This document shows positions 37,602 through 46,052 of a DNA stretch of 64,000 nt, one piece after another. The stretch is from Candidatus Saccharimonadota bacterium (GTDB taxonomy: Bacteria > Patescibacteriota > Saccharimonadia > Saccharimonadales > 2-12-FULL-41-12). The notes under the pieces were generated by a model. It was not told the origin of the DNA and ran no database searches. It saw only the letters and a program-made list of their open reading frames with translations. The stretch covers positions 78-64,077 of the forward strand of contig JALHOM010000007.1 of assembly GCA_022842995.1 (NCBI GenBank), read 5' to 3'. The number at the start of each line of letters is the position of its first letter. The first letter of the stretch is position 1. The position numbers were made by a program, and so were the translations under genes.

Positions 37602-38813
37602 ATGCCTCAAAATTTTAAAAAAACCTATCATGCTCGACCAAAACCGAGTGGTAACTTCCGTTCAAACAGTCGTCGCAAACCAATGCGTCGTAGTAAAGCA
37701 ACTATCGATCCTCGTCGTTACGTTAAAGCCGCGGTTCCGGTAGAAGAAACTACATTTACTCCTCAGCATACGTTTGCCGACTTCCCTATCAGCCAGGTTC
37801 TTATAGATAATATCTCGAACCAAGGATTTATTTCCCCTACTCCCGTTCAAGACGAGGCAATTCCGGTTGCTTTGACCGGAGTTGACGTTCTTGGCCTTGC
37901 CGATACCGGTACTGGTAAGACGGCTGCTTTTGGCATTCCTCTCCTTGATAAGCTGATCAAAGACCGCCAAGCCAGAGCATTGATTTTGGCGCCAACTCGT
38001 GAACTAGCGCAACAGATCGAAACCGAACTTCGTTGGATGGCTAAAGGCAGTGGCCTGCGGACAGTTCTTTTGATCGGTGGCTCTTCAATGGGGCTACAGC
38101 TACGCTACTTGCAGAATAATCCACGGATTATCATCGGAACACCAGGACGAGTAAAAGATCATATCGATCGTAAGACACTCAGAATCGAACAATGTAATGT
38201 TGTCGTACTCGACGAAGTAGACCGTATGCTTGATATGGGCTTTGTGAATGACATCTCTACTATTCTCGGCATGGCTGCAACACCACGCCAGTCACTGTTT
38301 TTCTCGGCAACGATGGACAAACGAGTTCGTGATCTTATAGATGGCTTTACGAAGGATCCGGTTACTGTTTCTGTACGTACTGGAGATACTTCTCAGAACG
38401 TTGAGCAAGACGTCGTTGCGTATCAGACTAATGATGATCGTATGGAACAGCTACATGACCTATTGATCTCGACTCAAGTTGAAAAAGCGCTTGTTTTTGA
38501 TGAAACCCAACGAAGTGTCGAGCGACTGAGTAACGAACTGATCGCTCGTGGCTTCAAAGCAGATGCGATTCACGGCGGGAAAAGCCAAGGTCAGCGAACG
38601 CGTGCTCTTGGTAAGTTTAAAAACAACCAAGTGAACATATTAGTCGCTACCGATGTTGCCGCGAGAGGAATTGATATCAAAGATATTTCTCACGTGATCA
38701 ACTTTTCTGAACCCCAAGTTTACGATGACTACGTACACCGTATTGGTCGCGCCGGTCGTGCGGGACGAAAAGGTTTTGCATATACTTTTGTGAAGCTTCC
38801 GGCTCGAAATTAG
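37602..38813 (+). CDS. DEAD-box ATP-dependent RNA helicase
   Basis: 403 aa with a Q-motif region, motif I ADTGTGKT, motif II VLDEVDRM, motif III SAT, and motif VI HRIGRAGRAG. Confidence 0.93.
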   Translation: MPQNFKKTYHARPKPSGNFRSNSRRKPMRRSKATIDPRRYVKAAVPVEETTFTPQHTFADFPISQVLIDNISNQGFISPTPVQDEAIPVALTGVDVLGLADTGTGKTAAFGIPLLDKLIKDRQARALILAPTRELAQQIETELRWMAKGSGLRTVLLIGGSSMGLQLRYLQNNPRIIIGTPGRVKDHIDRKTLRIEQCNVVVLDEVDRMLDMGFVNDISTILGMAATPRQSLFFSATMDKRVRDLIDGFTKDPVTVSVRTGDTSQNVEQDVVAYQTNDDRMEQLHDLLISTQVEKALVFDETQRSVERLSNELIARGFKADAIHGGKSQGQRTRALGKFKNNQVNILVATDVAARGIDIKDISHVINFSEPQVYDDYVHRIGRAGRAGRKGFAYTFVKLPARN

Positions 38814-38833
38814 AGCCAAGTCTAAAGATAAAA

Positions 38834-39335
38834 GCTTAAAGATAGCTGAGTCAAGAGTCAAGATTCGCCTGCGGCGAGGGGGGGTGGGAGCTCGTAGCTA
38901 GTCGCTTGTACCTAGTAGCTAGGAGCTACTCTTATCTCATGACTCTAGGTCAGAAATTAGAAAATAGAAATTGGTAATCAGAGTAAAGTCTAAAGACTTA
39001 TGAAAGAAGAGTCATGAGTCAAGAGTTTTGAGTTAAGATTCGCCTGCGGCGAGGGGGGTGGGAGCTCGTAGCTAGTCGCTTGTACCTAGTAGCTAGGAGC
39101 TACTCTTGTCTCTTGACTCATACCTCTTAATTCTAATTTAGGAATTAGAAATTCGAAATTTGAAATTGGCATTAACCCAAAAATCGCTATTGCCAACCAC
39201 AACCGAATAAAACATACTCAGCTAGTTTCTAGTTTCTAGTTTCTAGTTTCTAGTTTCTAGTTTCTATTCTAATTCTTGACTCATGACTCATATCTCATAT
39301 CTCATAACTTATATCTCATAACTCATGACTCAAGG
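38834..39335. repeat. Mosaic nested-palindrome intergenic elements, two tandem copies plus trailing word-repeat arm
   Basis: Copy a spans 38834-38950 and copy b 39008-39221. Each contains AAGATTCGCCTGCGGCGA(G)n TGGGAGCTCGTAGCTAGTCGCTTGTACCTAGTAGCTAGGAGCTAC flanked by GAGTCA(A/T)GAGT words and their complements. The poly-G run is G7 in copy a and G6 in copy b. Both copies are homologous to 11319-11500. Confidence 0.85.
39222..39266. repeat. Heptamer tandem array (TAGTTTC) x6
   Basis: Same unit as the 11501-11550 array. It is preceded by the same conserved ~45-nt segment (GAATAAAACATA(A/C)TCAGC). Confidence 0.9.
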
Positions 39336-39347
39336 CTGAAAGCTATT

Positions 39348-40064
39348 CTATATGTGGACGTCGAAGAGTGTGCCGATGCCGTATGTAATGAGCATTGCTA
39401 TGGCTCCTCCGATAACGACTCTCATAGTTGCTTTGCGACGACTGGCTTGGCCGAGTGTAGCGCTGATGTAGCCGGTAAGTATCAAGGCTAGAATCACCGA
39501 AACAAAGGCTACGGGGACGCGTAGGTCTTCTGGTGGAAGTAAGATTGCCGTGAGAGGCAGAACAGCCCCCAGTGTAAACGAAACGCCGGAAGCAATGGCC
39601 GCGTGAGTCGGATTGGTTAGTTCGTCTTGATTAATACCAATCTCGGCGTCTAGGTGGGCTTTGATGGCGTCGTGATCGGTAAGCTCTTGAGCGACTTTTT
39701 TGGCTGTTGGCTTTGAAAGCCCTTTTGATTCATAGATTGCAGCCAATTCTTTGAGCTCTTTGTCGGGGTTTTCTTTGAGCTCGATAATCTCGCGGTTAAT
39801 TAATGATTTTTCGGCATCTTTTTGGCTGCTAACGGATACATATTCCCCGGCAGCCATCGACAACGCTCCAGCTACTAGTCCGGCAATTCCGGCAGTTAAA
39901 ATGGTTGCTTTGTTGGTGGTGGCACCGGCAACCCCTACGACCAATCCAGCTATGGAAACAATACCGTCGTTAGCGCCTAAGACGGCCGCTCGAATCCAGT
40001 TTAATTTGGTGTTTGTGGCAGCCGAATCATGGAATTCATGGTGGTCGTTGTTTGTTTTCGTCAT
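39348..40064 (-). CDS. VIT1/CCC1-family iron/manganese transporter
   Basis: 238 aa with LGANDGIVSIAGLVVG, the central ferritin-like helical segment, and C-terminal TM helices. Confidence 0.85.
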   Translation of the reverse strand: MTKTNNDHHEFHDSAATNTKLNWIRAAVLGANDGIVSIAGLVVGVAGATTNKATILTAGIAGLVAGALSMAAGEYVSVSSQKDAEKSLINREIIELKENPDKELKELAAIYESKGLSKPTAKKVAQELTDHDAIKAHLDAEIGINQDELTNPTHAAIASGVSFTLGAVLPLTAILLPPEDLRVPVAFVSVILALILTGYISATLGQASRRKATMRVVIGGAIAMLITYGIGTLFDVHI

Positions 40065-40072
40065 GCCGGGGA

Positions 40073-40663
40073 TTAGCCTCGTTCTCTTTCTAGGGCGCCA
40101 ATCATCATGAGTAGTAGAACGGTCAAAGATTGCTCTTTTTCGTCCATCTTGTTTAAGGTAATGTTCTCTATGGTGTAGTAGCCTTCAAAAACAGCCGGAC
40201 GCTTGACGAAGTTCGCAATGATAGTGCCATCAGGAGAAAAAATATCATATTTCGGGTTGATAAAGTACCCGAATACTAAACCCAAGATAGGGATTTCGCC
40301 CAGAATTGCATCGAGAAATTTAACCCACGGGTTATGCTCCTTCAGCGTCCCTATAAGTTTGTCGCCGACATTCAACTCGTATGTAGCATTGAAGAGGGAT
40401 TTTGCACCATTTCGCTTGGTGCTGGCGAGAGCATTACCCGATGGATCGTAGATAGTGTAGGTCGGTGACCAGTCGATAATTTTATCAGCTTTAATTTTAT
40501 AAAGCTCGGTTGATTTGCTCCGGTCGCTAAAGACGATGACTTCTTCTTTTAGTTTGAGCAGTTTTTGGCGAACATAAGCAATATCTTGCCCTGCCCCGTC
40601 AATAACCCGCATTTCATTGGTTAAGGTAATCTTTTTGAAACGTAGCTGGATGGGATAATTCAT
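40073..40663 (-). CDS. Hypothetical protein, tentatively LURP-one-related/DUF567-like
   Basis: 196 aa. The pattern ...VIDGAGQDIAYVRQKLLKLKEEVIVFSD...YKIKADKIIDWSPTYTIYDPSGN resembles tubby-C-like LOR family repeats. This assignment is from memory only. Confidence 0.4.
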   Translation of the reverse strand: MNYPIQLRFKKITLTNEMRVIDGAGQDIAYVRQKLLKLKEEVIVFSDRSKSTELYKIKADKIIDWSPTYTIYDPSGNALASTKRNGAKSLFNATYELNVGDKLIGTLKEHNPWVKFLDAILGEIPILGLVFGYFINPKYDIFSPDGTIIANFVKRPAVFEGYYTIENITLNKMDEKEQSLTVLLLMMIGALERERG

Positions 40664-40748
40664 CCTTATATCTTACCTTACTCGGAAGTTTTAGCCGACT
40701 TTTATAAAAGTTCCTTCCCTGTTATAATGTCAAAGTTCTGTAAAATAA

Positions 40749-40822
40749 TGGGAATTGGCCAAGTGGTAAGGCAACGGGTTCTGGTCCCGTGATCGGGGGT
40801 TCGAATCCCTCATTCCCAGCCA
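40749..40822 (+). tRNA. tRNA-Gln (anticodon CTG), CCA encoded
   Basis: TGGGAAT TG GCC AAGTGGTAA GGC A ACGGG TTCTGGT CCCGT GATC GGGGG TTCGAAT CCCTC ATTCCCA G CCA. The acceptor stem TGGGAAT/ATTCCCA pairs fully. The overall sequence is very similar to canonical bacterial tRNA-Gln. Confidence 0.9.
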
Positions 40823-41222
40823 CGAAAATACCGGGCTTCAATGTCCGGTTTTTTCGTGGCTCAGGGTATTCGAACACCCGATCACGATCGGGGTGAAAAC
40901 AGCCTGTGGCTGTTTGCAAGGCAGTCAACTCTTGCGAACTGGTTTCGCAAAGATGTTGCTGCGGGCCGGCGGAACGTCGGTCGAATCCCTCATTCCCAGC
41001 CACGAAAATACCGGGCTTCAATGTCCGGTTTTTTCGTGCCCGAAGGGATCCGAACGCTCGATCACGATCGGGGTGAAAACAGCCTGTGGCTGTTTGCAAG
41101 GCAGTCAACTCTTGCGAACTGGTTTCGCAAAGATGTTGCTGCGGGCCGGCGGAACGTCGGTCGAATCCCTCATCCCTAGCCAGGTTTTGAATTTTAAAGG
41201 GCGAATCCCTCATCCCTAGCCA
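40801..41222 (+). repeat. Tandem array: two exact-period 180-bp units, each starting with the last 22 nt of tRNA-Gln, plus two further variant 3'-end copies
   Basis: TCGAATCCCTCATTCCCAGCCA occurs at 40801 and 40981. The variant TCGAATCCCTCATCCCTAGCCA occurs at 41161 and GAATCCCTCATCCCTAGCCA at 41203. The two 180-bp units are identical except for a patch of clustered mismatches at 40859-40880 versus 41039-41060. Confidence 0.95.
40823..40858 (+). terminator. Rho-independent terminator after tRNA-Gln
   Basis: Stem ACCGGGC/GTCCGGT with loop TTCAAT, followed by T6 (40849-40854). An outer CGAAAA/TTTTCG pairing is also possible. Confidence 0.65.
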
Positions 41223-41318
41223 GGTTTTAAATTTTAAAAAAACTCTTAGTTCGTCGGCAGTTTTGGACTTTTCGCTCTTGTACGAAAAAGGAATCTTATA
41301 TAAATTATTATTAATTCT

Positions 41319-41870
41319 ATGCAAGAAAATCGGCTAAAATTCGAATGCAAAAATAGCTCCAGATCCGAGTTGCATGCTAGAGATAGGATTCAGAATATTT
41401 TAGAACGTTTTGATTTATCGAAGTATACGTTCACCCAGGAAATTATAATTGAAGACAGAGCCATCCCCCATAGTCATCCTGTCTTGACGCTGAACTCATT
41501 CCCTTACAATGATGAAAATATAATTCTAGAAACTTTTATCCATGAGCAACTACATTGGTATCTTGAATCGTTGCCACGAAAATTGGCAGAAGCAGTAACA
41601 GAGCTTAAGAAACAGTATCCAAAAGCCCCTTGGGGTTTTCCGCTTGGCTGTGTTGATCAAAATTCTACTTATGAACACCTTATTCTTTGTCGCCTATCAC
41701 ATAAAATAATGCGGAAGCTCATAGGTAATGACGACGCGTCGAAAGTCTTGTACTACCTCCAGAACCACCATTATCTATGGGTGTATGAAACCATTCAAAA
41801 AGATTCAGAATATTTGGATTCTATTCTCGACAAATACGAGCTGGGTCGTTTATTGGATAAAAATTCTTGA
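41319..41870 (+). CDS. Hypothetical protein with HExxH motif (possible metallopeptidase-like)
   Basis: 183 aa. It contains FIHEQLHWYL (HEQLH). No other motif recognised. Confidence 0.5.
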   Translation: MQENRLKFECKNSSRSELHARDRIQNILERFDLSKYTFTQEIIIEDRAIPHSHPVLTLNSFPYNDENIILETFIHEQLHWYLESLPRKLAEAVTELKKQYPKAPWGFPLGCVDQNSTYEHLILCRLSHKIMRKLIGNDDASKVLYYLQNHHYLWVYETIQKDSEYLDSILDKYELGRLLDKNS

Positions 41871-41924
41871 TTGTTAGAATACATTAATTTTGATTCACGA
41901 ACAAAATGATGTAATATTATTCCA

Positions 41925-42374
41925 ATGTCTAGTAATTCTTGTGAAATGGCGCGACCAGCTCAATTAGGAGCTATTCGATTTGAAGTTGACAGATTACTAT
42001 CGGTTTATGGATTTGAAGTGTGCACTATTGCCCCTAAGGAAAACTCCATGACTACTCAGCTGTATGGAGCATTTGCAATGAAATCAACTAGATTGGTTCA
42101 CCCAACTCCACATACGATAATGCCGACTATTGATTTAGCCGTAAATCTTGCGCCACCCCAAATTATACCCTGGAGAATCTCTATTTTTTACGAGTTGCAA
42201 GATTTCGAGGCTTCCCGTCTAGTCGTTTTATATGGCGATGTAACTGGTACCGGAAATTGCCCAATAAGGGGAACTGTCGAAACGGCAGACGGTTGGCCGA
42301 TTCCAATTTCTTCTAGTCAGGCTAACCTGGTTATTGAAGACCTTGATACCATCCGCTTAGCCTCGGGCTATTGA
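41925..42374 (+). CDS. Hypothetical protein
   Basis: A 149-aa ORF with no recognisable motif. Confidence 0.45.
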   Translation: MSSNSCEMARPAQLGAIRFEVDRLLSVYGFEVCTIAPKENSMTTQLYGAFAMKSTRLVHPTPHTIMPTIDLAVNLAPPQIIPWRISIFYELQDFEASRLVVLYGDVTGTGNCPIRGTVETADGWPIPISSSQANLVIEDLDTIRLASGY

Positions 42375-42545
42375 ATGCTACATCCGGGACAGAATTTAGA
42401 TCCTCGGCAGTATCTATAAAAATTCAATTAACCCAACTAGCGAATAAGGATACTACTACTTGGATACTCTGGATGGCCCGGAGCTCCATACGAGAATTAA
42501 TACGAGAATTAATACGAGGAGCCCTCGTCCGGAATAGCTAAAAAC

Positions 42546-42731
42546 ATGGAACACAAACTTTTTATTGTCTTTGGCGCTTCCCTACTCGACGAATACGAGG
42601 CTGCAAGAAGAATGGGAATAGACGATGAGCGTCTTGCTCAGATAGCACGAAATAGTATTCGGTTCAGTGGCTTGCCAGAAGCGAGCAAACAAAGGCATCT
42701 CGTTAAGATTGACGAGTGGATTGCGGCCTAG
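42546..42731 (+). CDS. Hypothetical small protein
   Basis: A 61-aa ORF with no obvious RBS, so coding status is uncertain. Confidence 0.3.
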   Translation: MEHKLFIVFGASLLDEYEAARRMGIDDERLAQIARNSIRFSGLPEASKQRHLVKIDEWIAA

Positions 42732-42815
42732 ATATCGCAATTAAACGAGTATAGTATCTAGTCCTGCGAGCTCGAGTTTATCGGCTTAAAGACATGATTT
42801 GCTACACTTAAGATT

Positions 42816-43211
42816 ATGAGCATGAAAATTGATCAAGATCTTCAAGATTTCTTAGGTACCGTTGATGCTTCTAAGCTTCAAGACACCAAAGATTTGCTAG
42901 AGATCATACATGCCGAAACTGGTGAGCAGCCTTATTTATCCAGCTCGAGCATTATCGGCTTTGGTTCGTATCATTACGTGTACGAGTCTGGTCGCGAGGG
43001 AGATTCTCCGATCATTGCTTTTTCGCCGCGGAAGGCCGCTCTGGTTATCTATGGATTGGTATTTTATGAAGAACGGCGTGATGGTTTGAGCAAACTTGGC
43101 AAGCACAAGGCCGGCAAAGGCTGTGTGTATATTAATAAATTGGGGGACGTTGATCAGCAAATTTTGAGACAAATGATCCGCGAGGCGTACCAGGATAAAA
43201 AAGGAAAATAG
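42816..43211 (+). CDS. DUF1801 (YdhG-like) domain protein
   Basis: 131 aa with IIGFGSYHYVYESGREGDSPIIAFSPRKAALVIY...GKGCVYINKL, typical of this family. Confidence 0.7.
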   Translation: MSMKIDQDLQDFLGTVDASKLQDTKDLLEIIHAETGEQPYLSSSSIIGFGSYHYVYESGREGDSPIIAFSPRKAALVIYGLVFYEERRDGLSKLGKHKAGKGCVYINKLGDVDQQILRQMIREAYQDKKGK

Positions 43212-43217
43212 CTGCTC

Positions 43218-43523
43218 ATGACGATTTACTACTTAACGTGCAAAGACAAGGCTGAAGCCCGAAAGATTGCCAAGGCGCTACTGAATGATAAGCTGATCGC
43301 CTGTTGTCGTATGACGAACGTGGAGTCAATGTATTGGTGGGATGAAGCTATCAATCAGGATGAAGAAGTTTTGCTGATGATGGAGAGCGTTCCGGGTAAG
43401 TTCGAGGACATCGAAAAAGTGATCGCCGATAACCATAGTTACGAACAGTTTGTCCTGACAGAAGTCAAAGTTAGACGCACGTCAAAGGGTGTGCTTGAGT
43501 GGCTGCATCGCACAATTAGGTAG
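43218..43523 (+). CDS. cutA: Divalent-cation tolerance protein CutA
   Basis: 101 aa with KAEARKIAKALLNDKLIACC...VESMYWWDEAINQDEEVLLMMES. Confidence 0.85.
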   Translation: MTIYYLTCKDKAEARKIAKALLNDKLIACCRMTNVESMYWWDEAINQDEEVLLMMESVPGKFEDIEKVIADNHSYEQFVLTEVKVRRTSKGVLEWLHRTIR

Positions 43524-43531
43524 CCATCCAG

Positions 43532-44359
43532 CTATAGATAAACGAACGGAAGGCTGCCGTCAGTTTTTATGCGGTCTCCCCCGTTGTTGCGGCCGTGATA
43601 GGCGTCGGTAAAGTGTTTGACAATTTCTATGTTTTTGATGTGCCCAGTTTTTTGAAGTCCCTTTACCACGAAGTCACGTTCTTTATCGACGTCTTTATGG
43701 ATCTTGTGATCTATTTGTCCTGTTGCTGCCTTGATGCTGAGGTGCGTATCGTACGTTGCTGCCGCTAGCCAGTCAGCTTTATGTCCACCGGGCAGATACC
43801 AGCCATTCGGTACTTTCCAGAACCGGATATGGTGTCTTTTGCTCGGGTATCCGTTGACTTGGATTTGATACGCGAAGCTATGTCGTTTTTTGAATAGATA
43901 CATGTGCCCTACCGGAGCATTTGGATAGCTTTTGCGAAACAGAATCGAATATATCATTCGAGCAGAAGTTTTGAAGGTTAGTGGGTCGGCAAGTTCCCAT
44001 CCGGCTGCTTGCATAGCGATGTGTATTCGACGGCGCGAGCCAAAAAAGGCTACATTAATCGGATCGCTCAGTAGCCCTGCGGGACTTTTTGCTCTACCTA
44101 CAAAATAATTCGGAGCGTAAAAATACGAGAATGCTCGGTGTACGAGGGGAATGACAAAGTAAGATCCAATAAGCCACAGACCAAAGAGGATCGGCAGTTG
44201 GTTGTCGCCGGTATAGAATCTTGTCAGTATGAACTTATAGAAGATAAAAAATAACACAACAACGGCCACGAACTGCGTAATTCTCCACAGAAATGTAGCC
44301 GTATTTAATGATACTCCCGGAATCTTTTTGAGATGGTGCACTTCTATAAATGGTAGCAT
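43532..44359 (-). CDS. LssY C-terminal domain-like membrane protein
   Basis: 275 aa with N-terminal TM helices, then DPINVAFFGS...AAGWELADP...MYLFKKRHSFAYQ...KRHHIRFWKV. Confidence 0.6.
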   Translation of the reverse strand: MLPFIEVHHLKKIPGVSLNTATFLWRITQFVAVVVLFFIFYKFILTRFYTGDNQLPILFGLWLIGSYFVIPLVHRAFSYFYAPNYFVGRAKSPAGLLSDPINVAFFGSRRRIHIAMQAAGWELADPLTFKTSARMIYSILFRKSYPNAPVGHMYLFKKRHSFAYQIQVNGYPSKRHHIRFWKVPNGWYLPGGHKADWLAAATYDTHLSIKAATGQIDHKIHKDVDKERDFVVKGLQKTGHIKNIEIVKHFTDAYHGRNNGGDRIKTDGSLPFVYL

Positions 44360-44586
44360 AAAATGGCATTGAAAGGTGCCGTATAGCTCACAACACTGCA
44401 GTAGCTTACTGTGTCCTTAAGTTTGAAAAACACTTAATCACTGTGTTTTGACGAAAGTACGACTTTGGAATGAGATATATCATGTTTGATGAATAAACAT
44501 ATTTCTGTTATAGTTTCGATATAATAAAATAAACGAAACGTCAATTAGTAACAGGACTTTTTTAGAGTTAAAGAACTTACACTGTT

Positions 44587-45201
44587 ATGAAAATTCCTAG
44601 GACACTTACAGCATTAACTGCTTCATTGACTTTGGGGGCTACAATGTTAGGCTGTAGTTCTAATCCAGAGTCTAGAGTTGCTTCAGCAGAGGCTTTCGCT
44701 ACTAAAGTAGATTCATTGGCTTTTAGGATAGGACAAGCAGTACTAGCCGATAATAAAAACATCCCTGGTGGGTATATCGATTTAGTATGCCATCCATACT
44801 ATTGTGAAAATCGTATTGGTGGTCAGTTTAGTTCCGATAGATACATTGATCCTTATCTCGGATCTGACCCTGCTACGTCCGCAAAGATTCATATAACAAG
44901 CGAATTTGGTAAAGTTGACGGTGAGTTTTCGCCTAAAAAGACGCTGGCATTTCAAATCAATGTCGGTACCTGTGCCTTGCAAGTAACAAAGAAAGATTGC
45001 ATTCGGGATCGTTGGTTGAACGAAAAGAGGTATTTATTTATCCGTTCGGATACAGATGGAACGATTAGATGGTCTGTTTCGACAATAGTCCCTGGAGATG
45101 ATTTGAAGGAAACGATTTGGACATCCGACATTCGTGACGAGAATTTAACGAAAGTCGAGAAGCTTGTTGACCAGTTCGAGACAGGTGATCCTGTTCAGTA
45201 G
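44587..45201 (+). CDS. Putative lipoprotein
   Basis: 204 aa. The signal peptide ends in the lipobox-like LGATMLGC. Confidence 0.6.
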   Translation: MKIPRTLTALTASLTLGATMLGCSSNPESRVASAEAFATKVDSLAFRIGQAVLADNKNIPGGYIDLVCHPYYCENRIGGQFSSDRYIDPYLGSDPATSAKIHITSEFGKVDGEFSPKKTLAFQINVGTCALQVTKKDCIRDRWLNEKRYLFIRSDTDGTIRWSVSTIVPGDDLKETIWTSDIRDENLTKVEKLVDQFETGDPVQ

Positions 45202-45228
45202 ACTGTCGCATTGGTATACTTTAGCCAC

Positions 45229-45651
45229 ATGAGAATTTTTGTCGCCGCATCTTATTCATCGAAGGTAAATTACGAAACCGGACATGTCCATGCTGATTAT
45301 CGGGCGGAGCTAGAGGCTATACTGGCAAATCTTGAGTCGTATGAACACGAGGTTTTTTGTGCTCTACGGGCAGACGGGTATAGGATCAATGACACCAGCC
45401 CAGAAGAAGCCTTTCGTTTAGATAAAAACGAGATTATTAAAGCTGACGCTATATTTGCAATTGTCAGCGACCTGCCTTCAGTCGGAGTTCAAACTGAGAT
45501 TGGGATGGCTATTGCTCTTGGTAAACCGGTTGTTTTCGCTCACTATCCCGATCATAAACTTGCATTTTTTAACGCGGCTTTAGTCCAGGCTGGACATGCG
45601 TCGGAAGTTACTTTTCCACTCCATGATGATCCGTATACTAAAGGAAACTGA
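45229..45651 (+). CDS. Nucleoside 2-deoxyribosyltransferase-like protein
   Basis: MRIFVAASY... followed by KADAIFAIVSD...VGVQTEIGMAIALGKPVV, which follows the family pattern. I prefer the ATG at 45229 over the track start at 45211. Confidence 0.65.
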   Translation: MRIFVAASYSSKVNYETGHVHADYRAELEAILANLESYEHEVFCALRADGYRINDTSPEEAFRLDKNEIIKADAIFAIVSDLPSVGVQTEIGMAIALGKPVVFAHYPDHKLAFFNAALVQAGHASEVTFPLHDDPYTKGN

Positions 45652-46052
45652 TGAGTGAAACAGCCTGATATTATCGAGGATTCACGCCTCGCATAGTAGA
45701 TCTTGGCAACTCGTAAAGTTTAAATTAGCTCAGGATCCGGGCTTCATAATTGTCGGTCTGCCCCAGCCTCTCCAATATACTGTTACTGCGGATATCTCCC
45801 AGAAGAGTAATTCGTTTAGAGCTGGTGCTTGCTAAGTATCTTGGCGGAACAGTATAATTCGGCTGTACGTGCGATAAATGCGCTACCAATAATATTGAGG
45901 AAGACACAAATGTCGATACTTGATCTCATAGTCGATTTACTCTCGACGTCCGTTAGTCGTAGAAAGAAAAGATATATCATTGAAACGGTACTAGTGCTTG
46001 CTATTTTCTTGGTGATTATCGTCGCTATGGTATTGGTTACGGAGCTCGGTTA

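Noticed and set aside
40859-41182. Possible extra tRNA, split tRNA or tmRNA-like genes in the repeat units, because each unit ends with a tRNA T-loop/acceptor/CCA segment
   Set aside because: Only the last 22 nt of the tRNA are present. The 5' strand of the T-stem is not restored (ACGTCGG instead of GGGGG). No TGGGAAT acceptor partner exists in the units. T-loop-like strings on the minus strand (GGGTGTTCGAATACCC) do not give a canonical 5-bp stem with a 7-nt loop.
40722-41324. A 200-aa minus-strand ORF and two ~110-aa plus-strand ORFs (40841..41179, 40893..41219) with internally repeated peptide sequence
   Set aside because: These ORFs run across tRNA-Gln and the 180-bp tandem DNA repeat. 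The repeated peptides are simply translations of the repeated DNA. No RBS or motif is present. I treat them as spurious.
42497-42530. 12-bp direct repeats ATACGAGAATTA x2 (then ATACGAGGA) upstream of the 61-aa ORF
   Set aside because: The repeat is too short and isolated to interpret. It is mentioned only within the islet finding.
40749-45700. Prophage or integrative element at tRNA-Gln
   Set aside because: There is no integrase, excisionase, phage structural gene or conjugation gene, and no distal att repeat beyond 41222. Downstream genes from 42816 onward are ordinary housekeeping-type genes (DUF1801, cutA, idi, yaaA).
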